Assembly: GCA_963920595.1 (NCBI GenBank)
Contig: OY986949.1
Location: forward strand, 248,001-312,000
Length of the DNA stretch: 64,000 nucleotides
Source of the DNA: Eimeria praecox
Taxonomy: Eukaryota
Direction of reading: 5' to 3'
The position numbers were made by a program, and so were the translations under genes. The notes below the pieces were generated by a model. The model was not told where the DNA came from. It saw only the letters and a program-made list of their open reading frames with translations, and did no database searches. This document shows positions 11,301 through 23,893 of the stretch, one piece after another; positions within the stretch are counted from its first letter, which is position 1, and each line of letters opens with the position of its first letter.

Positions 11301-12559
11301 TGCGTAGAAGCAGGAAGCGGTGCCAGATCTGCTCGCACGATATGCCGACGCAGAGCATCAGCAAGCTGCGTTTGATTAAGGGGCACCGCCGGCGAATAGA
11401 TCTGCGTGTACTTGTACCTCTAGTACCGCAGGTGGGACAAAGCCTTTCTGGGGCATGTATACAGGATCAGTCACGCGATACAAAGTTGCATGCATCTCGG
11501 CATGGGCTTTCTCAGGGTTGCCAGTCGCTGGTATATCAGGTTTGGCTACGCAATCGTTTTCTGCAGCAAGCATAGGTTGCCTGTGTTAAACGGAGAAAAG
11601 CGTCTGGTAGTACAAGTGGCGAGGCACACTCATAAATGAGAAGTACTTCACTGATGTTACGTCGCGTTATGTACGGTGGACTATCACTGCCAGTTTCCCG
11701 GCCGATTCTTACTCAGCTCTGGCATGTCCTCAGCAAAGCACAACCTAATCACACCCCCCCCAAAAGACAGAAAACACATGAAAACACATGCGAAATCAAT
11801 GTGCCTACGGTCCAAAAGGATTACGAGGCAGTGCCGTGCTTTTAACGAAGAATGCAAAACCGCAATCCGATACTGCCCCTCATGATCATTGCCACTATTA
11901 TGGAATTTGCGGAATCAGCCCAGCAACAGTCATCAAACAGAGCATGAAACCGCACATCTGCTATGCAGATAAAGGTTTCCTTTTGCCCACTTTATCACCA
12001 ACGAGCAGACTGAGTGCAATACGTCGGGTGAGGCCACTCATGACAGAGCCAGCTGCGTTCCACTGGGCCATGCCACGCCATCAGGAAGTACTACCCAAAT
12101 CTCGACGAAGCAATTTACCCTACGCTGTGGTCTCTCAAAAACGCACATACACGCGCGATTGACCGGACTGCACATCACCGTAGATAAAAACCTACTTTCT
12201 AAAATCCAAAGAGATGCAGACAAAGCGCTCCACAAACAGTTCGCCACCCGGCATCTGCCAAATCGTATGGAACCGCATATCATAATTCCTCCGTATTCAT
12301 GGCTAGACATTTACAAACTAATTATGTTATTAGTAGTGCGAATGTCTAGTAAAGCTTAACGTGCTTAACAGCTATAGAAGCGCCAACGCATTATGGAGTT
12401 TTCCATGCACACTTCTTAGAGATTGAGGGAACCCCTCTCTACCCGTTTTCTCTCCAGCAACGGCTGCAGCCACCCACTATGAAACAACTCGACCCTGGTG
12501 CTGAACGTGCAACACTCTCTGCCCATCCACCCGTACCGCCGTCTCCCCCCCTCGCTATT

Positions 12560-15500
12560 TTCTCCAATCCCTAGACTCCACCAAGCCCTAGACCTATCAA
12601 TGCAAATCAAGTTAACATCAGCCATCACTCACAGTATCTCTACTGCAAAGCGGCAAGCGTATGCAGTCCCTTCACAGTGATATGTTGAAGGACCAGACAC
12701 ATACCGCATCATCAATGGCGTACGCGCCGCTGAGAATTCAACGGCCCTACAAGGCACCCAAGCAGATGGGCCTAAGCCACACGATCGACGCCTCCATGAA
12801 ACAAGAAGTGCTAGCTACAGTATGCACCTTTAAAAGTCCCGTATCCCCTCCGTAAGCCCTGCCCTATGCCACCCTCCCTAGTTGCGCTCTTGCCATTGCC
12901 ATGCTCCACGACTACTGAGCAGCTTTCCGCACGATAATTAAGAGACGTCGCGCCCCGGCACCTGCCATCCATTCATACATGGATGCAGCCCAACATGCTG
13001 CTGCTCCTTAAAATGGTATCGTGCAGTGACGCCGACAACTCCAAGCGGTGTGCAGGGCATCCCCCGTATAACAAACTGCAATAGCCCACAACACTCCAGC
13101 TCAGCATCTACTCATCCAGTCGGTTTGACAACTGATCCATTGTCCTCGACCCAACGAATGCAAGTTGTTCCCGCTGTTGCGTCCCATCTCGATCATCCCA
13201 CTGCGCACATCCTGAGCCGATTCATGTTCGCCGCAACTCGTACACACCCCACCTTGCGCTCTATTCCAAAGCACTTGCCAACTCTCTATGGGCTCCTCTC
13301 AAGCTGCTGAGAGAGGCACCTGTTCAACACTCAGCACACCACTTCATATCTGATGCCACATGCATTCACACCGCATTAGACACGAGCTCAAAAGGTCCAC
13401 AAATGAAATTCTGTCAAAAAACCACCCACCGATCGCCCTTTTCCCTAAATATTGTATGGCAGATAACAGATGACGCTTGCCACACTTGCCCCTGTTCCCC
13501 GGAAGTAGACCACTAAAGCCTTTCAGTCGTCTTCACATGCTCGCAATGCGTACGTCCTGTATATAACGCAATTATCCATTGCTCAAGGCCATTACGTGCT
13601 CCTATGCATTCTCGCCTCAAACACGCGCCAATTATCACCAAGCTCTCCGATGCTCAGGCCTTATCTCGCCGCCCCCTCAGCAACTACGAAGTGTTGAAGC
13701 AGGCAACACCCCTGCTCCAATGCCAGCAGCCTTTACGTCTCAGAGCTTCAAACCCACGGAATGACTTGCTGACCTGCTAGGCAACGCACCCATGGGTAAC
13801 GTAACCCCCAAAACACTCAGCGCCATTTACCAAGCGCCGTCGCACCGTATTGACCATTCACCCCAGACGTTCATAGCATAATTGCATGCCACATAAAACA
13901 GTTCGCCGCCGTTCCTAGCCATCAAAGCACCGTCAGCATCCGTTCCGCACTGCCATGAGCGCTCCGCGTGAGTACGAAACGAAAACACCTACTGTGAACC
14001 AGTATGCGAGTTCCCCTCATGTAGCCACTGCCACCTCACTCCCTGACGTTCACCCCGGCCGCCACTAGCACGTGCTCTTCCTCAAGAGCTGAAGTAATAA
14101 CGTCGACTGACTTGGACAGGCTGTAGAGGTCTTACAACGAGTATAATCTCCCCTGCATGATCGTCTCGGGGATGCAAATGCTCTCACGCACATCGCACAG
14201 GAAAAACCCAAGACGCCAGCCGCTCGGTACCATTCGCCAAAACCCGTCGCGCCCATTTGGGCACACAACCCAAACCGTCCGCATCACTGGCGATACACAC
14301 TCAGGACAGTTCGTCGCTTTTCTTAATCATCCAGTCATCGTCTATATCCGTGCGGTACCCCCGTGAGTGCTGCTGGTCCTGTGCTGGCAAGGAAAACATA
14401 CTTTCTGAACCAGTACGAAGTGCATTTGCCCATCCAAGCCCCCACCATGTACCCACTTCCGCCGTACCACCTCACGTGCAACACCCAACCAACAATACCA
14501 CGTGATCTTCCTCATGCTCCAAGGCTACACTGAATAGCGAGTTCTACAACCAGAGAGTTCGTACCACCACCACCTCCGCTCCACTCAGAAACACCAGCTC
14601 GCGAATACCAACTCCCTTACGCTCATCCACGACCGCTACAGCCTTCCGCTTACCTCCAAGCCCAAAAGAACCTTTATTGAAACAATAGAGTCCATGAAAC
14701 ACGGATTGCTGCTGGTTGCTCGACGCGCTTGCACAGCGGCAAGCAAACCTCCGCAGTGAGTGGTGCAAACCAAATATTAAGCTGCGCTTCGGCCAGGGAT
14801 CGTCGCCCGTGCCATCCTCGCCATTTCCTCCAATCCCTAGGCCCCACCATTCCCTAGACCTATCAATGCAAATCAAGTTAACATCAGCCATCACTCACAG
14901 TATCTCTACTGCAAAGCGGCAAGCGTATGCAGTCCCTTCACAGTGATATGTTGAAGGACCAGACACATACCGCATCATCAGTGGCGTACGCGCCGCTGAG
15001 AATTCAACGGCCCTACAAGGCACCCAAGCAGATGGGCCTAAGCCACACGATCGACGCCTCCATGAAACAAGAAGTGCTAGCTACAGTATGCACCTTTAAA
15101 AGTCCCGTATCCCCTCCGTAAGCCCTGCCCTATGCCACCCTCCCTAGTTGCGCTCTTGCCATTGCCATGCTCCACGACTACTGAGCAGCTTTCCGCACGA
15201 TAATTAAGAGACGTCGCGCCCCGGCACCTGCCATCCATTCATACATGGATGCAGCCCAACATGCTGCTGCTCCTTAAAATGGTATCGTGCAGTGACGCCG
15301 ACAACTCCAAGCGGTGTGCAGGGCATCCCCCGTATAACAAACTGCAATAGCCCACAACACTCCAGCTCAGCATCTACTCATCCAGTCGGTTTGACAACTG
15401 ATCCATTGTCCTCGACCCAACGAATGCAAGTTGTTCCCGCTGTTGCGTCCCATCTCGATCATCCCACTGCGCACATCCTGAGCCGATTCATGTTCGCCGC

Positions 15501-18500
15501 AACTCGTACACACCCCACCTTGCGCTCTATTCCAAAGCACTTGCCAACTCTCTATGGGCTCCTCTCAAGCTGCTGAGAGAGGCACCTGTTCAACACTCAG
15601 CACACCACTTCATATCTGATGCCACATGCATTCACACCGCATTAGACACGAGCTCAAAAGGTCCACAAATGAAATTCTGTCAAAAAACCACCCACCGATC
15701 GCCCTTTTCCCTAAATATTGTATGGCAGATAACAGATGACGCTTGCCACACTTGCCTCTGTTCCCCGGAAGTAGACCACTAGAGCCTTTCAGTTGTCTTC
15801 ACATGCTCGCAATGCGTACGTCCTGTATATAACGCAATTATCCATTGCTCAAGGCCATTACGTGCTCCTATGCATTCTCGCCTCAAACACGCGCCAATTA
15901 TCACCAAGCTCTCCGATGCTCAGGCCTTATCTCGCCGCCCCCTCAGCAACTACGAAGTGTTGAAGCAGGCAACACCCCTGCTCCAATGCCAGCAGCCTTT
16001 ACGTCTCAGAGCTTCAAACCCACGGAATGACTTGCTGACCTGCTAGGCAACGCACCCATGGGTAACGTAACCCCCAAAACACTCAGCGCCATTTACCAAG
16101 CGCCGTCGCACCGTATTGACCATTCACCCCAGACGTTCATAGCATAATTGCATGCCACATAAAACAGTTCGCCGCCGTTCCTAGCCATCAAAGCACCGTC
16201 AGCATCCGTTCCGCACTGCCATGAGCGCTCCGCGTGAGTACGAAACGAAAACACCTACTGTGAACCAGTATGCGAGTTCCCCTCATGTAGCCACTGCCAC
16301 CTCACTCCCTGACGTTCACCCCGGCCGCCACTAGCACGTGCTCTTCCTCAAGAGCTGAAGTAATAACGTCGACTGACTTGGACAGGCTGTAGAGGTCTTA
16401 CAACGAGTATAATCTCCCCTGCATGATCGTCTCGGGGATGCAAATGCTCTCACGCACATCGCACAGGAAAAACCCAAGCCGCCAGCCGCTCGGTACCATT
16501 CGCCAAAACCCGTCGCGCCCATTTGGGCACACAACCCAAACCGTCCGCATCACTGGCGATACACACTCAGGACAGTTCGTCGCTTTTCTTAATCATCCAG
16601 TCATCGTCTATATCCGTGCGGTACCCCCGTGAGTGCTGCTGGTCCTGTGCTGGCAAGGAAAACATACTTTCTGAACCAGTACGAAGTGCATTTGCCCATC
16701 CAAGCCCAGACCATGTACCCACTTCCGCCGTACCACCTCACGTGCAACACCCAACCAACAATACCACGTGATCTTCCTCATGCTCCAAGGCTACACTGAA
16801 TAGCGAGTTCTACAACCAGAGAGTTCGTACCACCACCACCTCCGCTCCACTCAGAAACACCAGCTCGCGAATACCAACTCCCTTACGCTCATCCACGACC
16901 GCTACAGCCTTCCGCTTACCTCCAAGCCCAAAAGAACCTTTATTGAAACAATAGAGTCCATGAAACACGGATTGCTGCTGGTTGCTCGACGCGCTTGCAC
17001 AGCGGCAAGCAAACCTCCGCAGTGAGTGGTGCAAACCAAATATTAAACTGCACTTCGGCCAGGGATCGTCGCCCGTGCCATCCTCGCCATTTCCTCCAAT
17101 CCCTAGGCCCCACCATTCCCTAGACCTATCAATGCAAATCAAGTTAACATCAGCCATCACTCACAGTATCTCTACTGCAAAGCGGCAAGCGTATGCAGTC
17201 CCTTCACAGCGAGATGCGGTGAAGGACCAGACACATACCGCATCATCAGTGGCGTACGCGCCGCTGAGAATTCAACGGCCCTACAAGACACCCAAGCAGA
17301 TGGACCTAAGCCACACGATCGACGCCTCCATGAAACAAGAAGTGCTAGCTACAGTATGCACCTTTAAAAGTCCCGTATCCCCTCCGTAAGCCCTGCCCTA
17401 TGCCACCCTCCCTAGTTGCGCTCTTGCCATTGCCATGCTCCACGACTACTGAGCAGCTTTCCGCACGATAATTAAGAGACGTCGCGCCCCGGCACCTGCC
17501 ATCCATTCATACATGGATGCAGCCCAACATGCTGCTGCTCCTTAAAATGGTATCGTGCAGTGACGCCGACAACTCCAAGCGGTGTGCAGGGCATCCCCCG
17601 TATAACAAACTGCAATAGCCCACAACACTCCAGCTCAGCATCTACTCATCCAGTCGGTTTGACAACTGATCCATTGTCCTCGACCCAACGAATGCAAGTT
17701 GTTCCCGCTGTTGCGTCCCATCTCGATCATCCCACTGCGCACATCCTGAGCCGATTCATGTTCGCCGCAACTCGTACACACCCCACCTTGCGCTCTATTC
17801 CAAAGCACTTGCCAACTCTCTATGGGCTCCTCTCAAGCTGCTGAGAGAGGCACCTGTTCAACACTCAGCACACCACTTCATATCTGATGCCACATGCATT
17901 CACACCGCATTAGACACGAGCTCAAAAGGTCCACAAATGAAATTCTGTCAAAAAACCACCCACCGATCGCCCTTTTCCCTAAATATTGTATGGCAGATAA
18001 CAGATGACGCTTGCCACACTTGCCCCTGTTCCCCGGAAGTAGACCACTAGAGCCTTTCAGTTGTCTTCACATGCTCGCAATGCGTACGTCCTGTATATAA
18101 CGCAATTATCCATTGCTCAAGGCCATTACGTGCTCCTATGCATTCTCGCCTCAAACACGCGCCAATTATCACCAAGCTCTCCGATGCTCAGGCCTTATCT
18201 CGCCGCCCCCTCAGCAGCTACGAAGTGTTGAAGCAGGTAACACCCCCGCTCCAACGCCAGCAGCCTTTACGTCTCAGAGCTTCAAACCCACAGAATGACT
18301 TGCTGACCTGCTAGGCAACGCACCCATGGGTAACGTAACCCCCAAAACGCTCAGCGCCATTTACCAAGCGCCGTCGCACCGTATTGACCATTCACCCCAG
18401 ACGTTCATAGCATAATTGCATGTCACATAAAACAGTTCGCCGCCGTTCCTAGTCATCAAAGCACCGTCAGCATCCGTTCCGCACTGCCATGAGCGCTCCG

Positions 18501-21500
18501 CGTGAGTACGAAACGAAAACGCCTACTGTGAACCAGTATGCGAGTTCCCCTCATGTAGCCACTGCCACCTCACTCCCTGACGTTCACCCCGGCCGCCACT
18601 AGCACGTGCTCTTCCTCAAGAGCTGAAGTAATAACGTCGACTGACTTGGACAGGCTGTAGAGGTCTTACAACGAGTATAATCTCCCCTGCATGATCGTCT
18701 CGGGGATGCAAATGCTCTCACGCACATCGCACAGGAAAAACCCAAGCCGCCAGCCGCTCGGTACCATTCGCCAAAACCCGTCGCGCCCATTTGGGCACAC
18801 AACCCAAACCGTCCGCATCACTGGCGATACACACTCAGGACAGTTCGTCGCTTTTCTTAATCATCCAGTCATCGTCTATATCCGTGCGGTACCCCCGTGA
18901 GTGCTGCTGGTCCTGTGCTGGCAAGGAAAACATACTTTCTGAACCAGTACGAAGTGCATTTGCCCATCCAAGCCCCCACCATGTACCCACTTCCGCCGTA
19001 CCACCTCACGTGCAACACCCAACCAACAATACCACGTGATCTTCCTCATGCTCCAAGGCTACACTGAATAGCGAGTTCTACAACCAGAGAGTTCGTACCA
19101 CCACCACCTCCGCTCCACTCAGAAACACCAGCTCGCGAATACCAACTCCCTTACGCTCATCCACGACCGCTACAGCCTTCCGCTTACCTCCAAGCCCAAA
19201 AGAACCTTTATTGAAACAATAGAGTCCATGAAACACGGATTGCTGCTGGTTGCTCGACGCGCTTGCACAGCGGCAAGCAAACCTCCGCAGTGAGTGGTGC
19301 AAACCAAATATTAAACTGCACTTCGGCCAGGGATCGTCGCCCGTGCCATCCTCGCCATTTCCTCCAATCCCTAGGCCCCACCACTCCCTAGACCTATCAA
19401 TGCAAATCAAGTTAACATCAGCCATCACTCACAGTATCTCTACTGCAAAGCGGCAAGCGTATGCAGTCCCTTCACAGCGAGATGCGGTGAAGGACCAGAC
19501 ACATACCGCATCATCAGTGGCGTACGCGCCGCTGAGAATTCAACGGCCCTACAAGACACCCAAGCAGATGGACCTAAGCCACACGATCGACGCCTCCATG
19601 AAACAAGAAGTGCTAGCTACAGTATGCACCTTTAAAAGTCCCGTATCCCCTCCGTAAGCCCTGCCCTATGCCACCCTCCCTAGTTGCGCTCTTGCCATTG
19701 CCATGCTCCACGACTACTGAGCAGCTTTCCGCACGATAATTAAGAGACGTCGCGCCCCGGCACCTGCCATCCATTCATCCATGGATGCAGCCCAACATGC
19801 TGCTGCTCCTTAAAATGGTATCGTGCAGTGACGCCGACAACTCCAAGCGGTGTGCAGGGCATCCCCCGTATAACAAACTGCAATAGCCCACAACACTCCA
19901 GCTCAGCATCTACTCATCCAGTCGGTTTGACAACTGATCCATTGTCCTCGACCCAACGAATGCAAGTTGTTCCCGCTGTTGCGTCCCATCTCGATCATCC
20001 CACTGCGCACATCCTGAGCCGATTCATGTTCGCCGCAACTCGTACACACCCCACCTTGCGCTCTATTCCAAAGCACTTGCCAACTCTCTATGGGCTCCTC
20101 TCAAGCTGCTGAGAGAGGCACCTGTTCAACACTCAGCACACCACTTCATATCTGATGCCACATGCATTCACACCGCATTAGACACGAGCTCAAAAGGTCC
20201 ACAAATGAAATTCTGTCAAAAAACCACCCACCGATCGCCCTTTTCCCTAAATATTGTATGGCAGATAACAGATGACGCTTGCCACACTTGCCCCTGTTCC
20301 CCGGAAGTAGACCACTAGAGCCTTTCAGTCGTCTTCACATGCTCGCAATGCGTACGTCCTGTATATAACGCAATTATCCATTGCTCAAGGCCATTACGTG
20401 CTCCTATGCATTCTCGCCTCAAACACGCGCCAATTATCACCAAGCTCTCCGATGCTCAGGCCTTATCTCGCCGCCCCCTCAGCAGCTACGAAGTGTTGAA
20501 GCAGGTAACACCCCCGCTCCAATGCCAGCAGCCTTTACGTCTCAGAGCTTCAAACCCACAGAATGACTTGCTGACCTGCTAGGCAACGCACCCATGGGTA
20601 ACGTAACCCCCAAAACACTCAGCGCCATTTACCAAGCGCCGTCGCACCGTATTGACCATTCACCCCAGACGTTCATAGCATAATTGCATGCCACATAAAA
20701 CAGTTCGCCGCCGTTCCTAGTCATCAAAGCACCGTCAGCATCCGTTCCGCACTGCCATGAGCGCTCCGCGTGAGTACGAAACGAAAACACCTACTGTGAA
20801 CCAGTATGCGAGTTCCCCTCATGTAGCCACTGTCACCTCACTCCCTGACGTTCACCCCGGCCGCCACTAGCACGTGCTCTTCCTCAAGAGCTGAAGTAAT
20901 AACGTCGACTGACTTGGACAGGCTGTAGAGGTCTTACAACGAGTATAATCTCCCCTGCATGATCGTCTCGGGGATGCAAATGCTCTCACGCACATCGCAC
21001 AGGAAAAACCCAAGACGCCAGCCGCTCGGTACCATTCGCCAAAACCCGTCGCGCCCACTTGGGCACACAACCCAAACCGTCCGCATCACTGGCGATACAC
21101 ACTCAGGACAGTTCGTCGCTTTTCTTAATCATCCAGTCATCGTCTATATCCGTGCGGTACCCCCGTGAGTGCTGCTGGTCCTGTGCTGGCAAGGAAAACA
21201 TACTTTCTGAACCAGTACGAAGTGCATTTGCCCATCCAAGCCCCCACCATGTACCCACTTCCGCCGTACCACCTCACGTGCAACACCCAACCAACAATAC
21301 CACGTGATCTTCCTCATGCTCCAAGGCTACACTGAATAGCGAGTTCTACAACCAGAGAGTTCGTACCACCACCACCTCCGCTCCACTCAGAAACACCAGC
21401 TCGCGAATACCAACTCCCTTACGCTCATCCACGACCGCTACAGCCTTCCGCTTACCTCCAAGCCCAAAAGAACCTTTATTGAAACAATAGAGTCCATGAA

Positions 21501-23893
21501 ACACGGATTGCTGCTGGTTGCTCGACGCGCTTGCACAGCGGCAAGCAAACCTCCGCAGTGAGTGGTGCAAACCAAATATTAAGCTGCGCTTCGGCCAGGG
21601 ATCGTCGCCCGTGCCATCCTCGCCATTTCCTCCAATCCCTAGGCCCCACCATTCCCTAGACCTATCAATGCAAATCAAGTTAACATCAGCCATCACTCAC
21701 AGTATCTCTACTGCAAAGCGGCAAGCGTATGCAGTCCCTTCACAGTGATATGTTGAAGGACCAGACACATACCGCATCATCAGTGGCGTACGCGCCGCTG
21801 AGAATTCAACGGCCCTACAAGGCACCCAAGCAGATGGGCCTAAGCCACACGATCGACGCCTCCATGAAACAAGAAGTGCTAGCTACAGTATGCACCTTTA
21901 AAAGTCCCGTATCCCCTCCGTAAGCCCTGCCCTATGCCACCCTCCCTAGTTGCGCCCTTGCCATTGCCATTCTCCACGACTACTGAGCAGCTTTCCGCAC
22001 GATAATTAAGAGACGTCGCGCCCCGGCACCTGCCATCCATTCATACATGGATGCAGCCCAACATGCTGCTGCTCCTTAAAATGGTATCGTGCAGTGACGC
22101 CGACAACTCCAAGCGGTGTGCAGGGCATCCCCCGTATAACAAACTGCAATAGCCCACAACACTCCAGCTCAGCATCTACTCATCCAGTCGGTTTGACAAC
22201 TGATCCATTGTCCTCGACCCAACGAATGCAAGTTGTTCCCGCTGTTGCGTCCCATCTCGATCATCCCACTGCGCACATCCTGAGCCGATTCATGTTCGCC
22301 GCAACTCGTACACACCCCACCTTGCGCTCTATTCCAAAGCACTTGCCAACTCTCTATGGGCTCCTCTCAAGCTGCTGAGAGAGGCACCTGTTCAACACTC
22401 AGCACACCACTTCATATCTGATGCCACATGCATTCACACCGCATTAGACACGAGCTCAAAAGGTCCACAAATGAAATTCTGTCAAAAAACCACCCACCGA
22501 TCGCCCTTTTCCCTAAATATTGTATGGCAGATAACAGATGACGCTTGCCACACTTGCCCCTGTTCCCCGGAAGTAGACCACTAGAGCCTTTCAGTCGTCT
22601 TCACATGCTCGCAATGCGTACGTCCTGTATGTAACGCAATTATCCATTGCTCAAGGCCATTACGTGCTCCTATGCATTCTCGCCTCAAACACGCGCCAAT
22701 TATCACCAAGCTCTCCGATGCTCAGGCCTTATCTCGCCGCCCCCTCAGCAGCTACGAAGTGTTGAAGCAGGTAACACCCCCGCTCCAATGCCAGCAGCCT
22801 TTACGTCTCAGAGCTTCAAACCCACAGAATGACTTGCTGACCTGCTAGGCAACGCACCCATGGGTAACGTAACCCCCAAAAGACTCAGCGCCATTTACCA
22901 AGCGCCGTCGCACCGTATTGACCATTCACCCCAGACGTTCATAGCATAATTGCATGTCACATAAAACAGTTCGCCGCCGTTCCTAGTCATCAAAGCACCG
23001 TCAGCATCCGTTCCGCACTGCCATGAGCGCTCCGCGTGAGTACGAAACGAAAACACCTACTGTGAACCAGTATGCGAGTTCCCCTCATGTAGCCACTGTC
23101 ACCTCACTCCCTGACGTTCACCCCGGCCGCCACTAGCACGTGCTCTTCCTCAAGAGCTGAAGTAATAACGTCGACTGACTTGGACAGGCTGTAGAGGTCT
23201 TACAACGAGTATAATCTCCCCTGCATGATCGTCTCGGGGATGCAAATGCTCTCACGCACATCGCACAGGAAAAACCCAAGACGCCAGCCGCTCGGTACCA
23301 TTCGCCAAAACCCGTCGCGCCCATTTGGGCACACAACCCAAACCGTCCGCATCACTGGCGATACACACTCAGGACAGTTCGTCGCTTTTCTTAATCATCC
23401 AGTCATCGTCTATATCCGTGCGGTGCCCCCGTGAGTGCTGCTGGTCCTGTGCTGGCAAGGAAAACATACTCTCTGAACCAGTACGAAGTGCGTTTGCCCA
23501 TCCAAGCCCCCACCATGTACCCACTTCCACCGTACCACCTCACATGCAACACCCAACCAGCATTACCACGTGATCTTCCTCATGCTACAAAGCTACACTG
23601 AAAAGCGAGTTCTACAACCAGAGAGTTCGTACCACCACCACCTCCGCTCCGCTCAGAAACACCAGCTCGCGAATACCAACTCCCTTGCGCTCATCCACGA
23701 CCGCTGCTGCCTTCCGCTTACCTCCAAGCCCAAAAGAACTCTTATTGAAACAATAGAGTCCATGAAACACGGATTGCTGCTGGTTGCTCGATGCGCTTGC
23801 ACAGCGGCAAGCAAACCTCCGCAGTGAGTGGTGCAAACCAAATATTAAACTGCGCTTCGGCCAGGGATCGTCGCCCGTGCCATCCTCGCCATT
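12560..23893. repeat. Tandem array 1a: five near-identical 2266-2268 bp units
   Basis: Identical ORF-track peptides at 13026, 15292, 17560, 19828 and 22094 (spacings 2266, 2268, 2268, 2266). Confidence 0.97.

Noticed and set aside
8672..11575. Protein-looking stretches (8672-9030, 9806-10162, ~11275-11410)
   Set aside because: No recognisable motif, interrupted by stops, and no supportable exon model.
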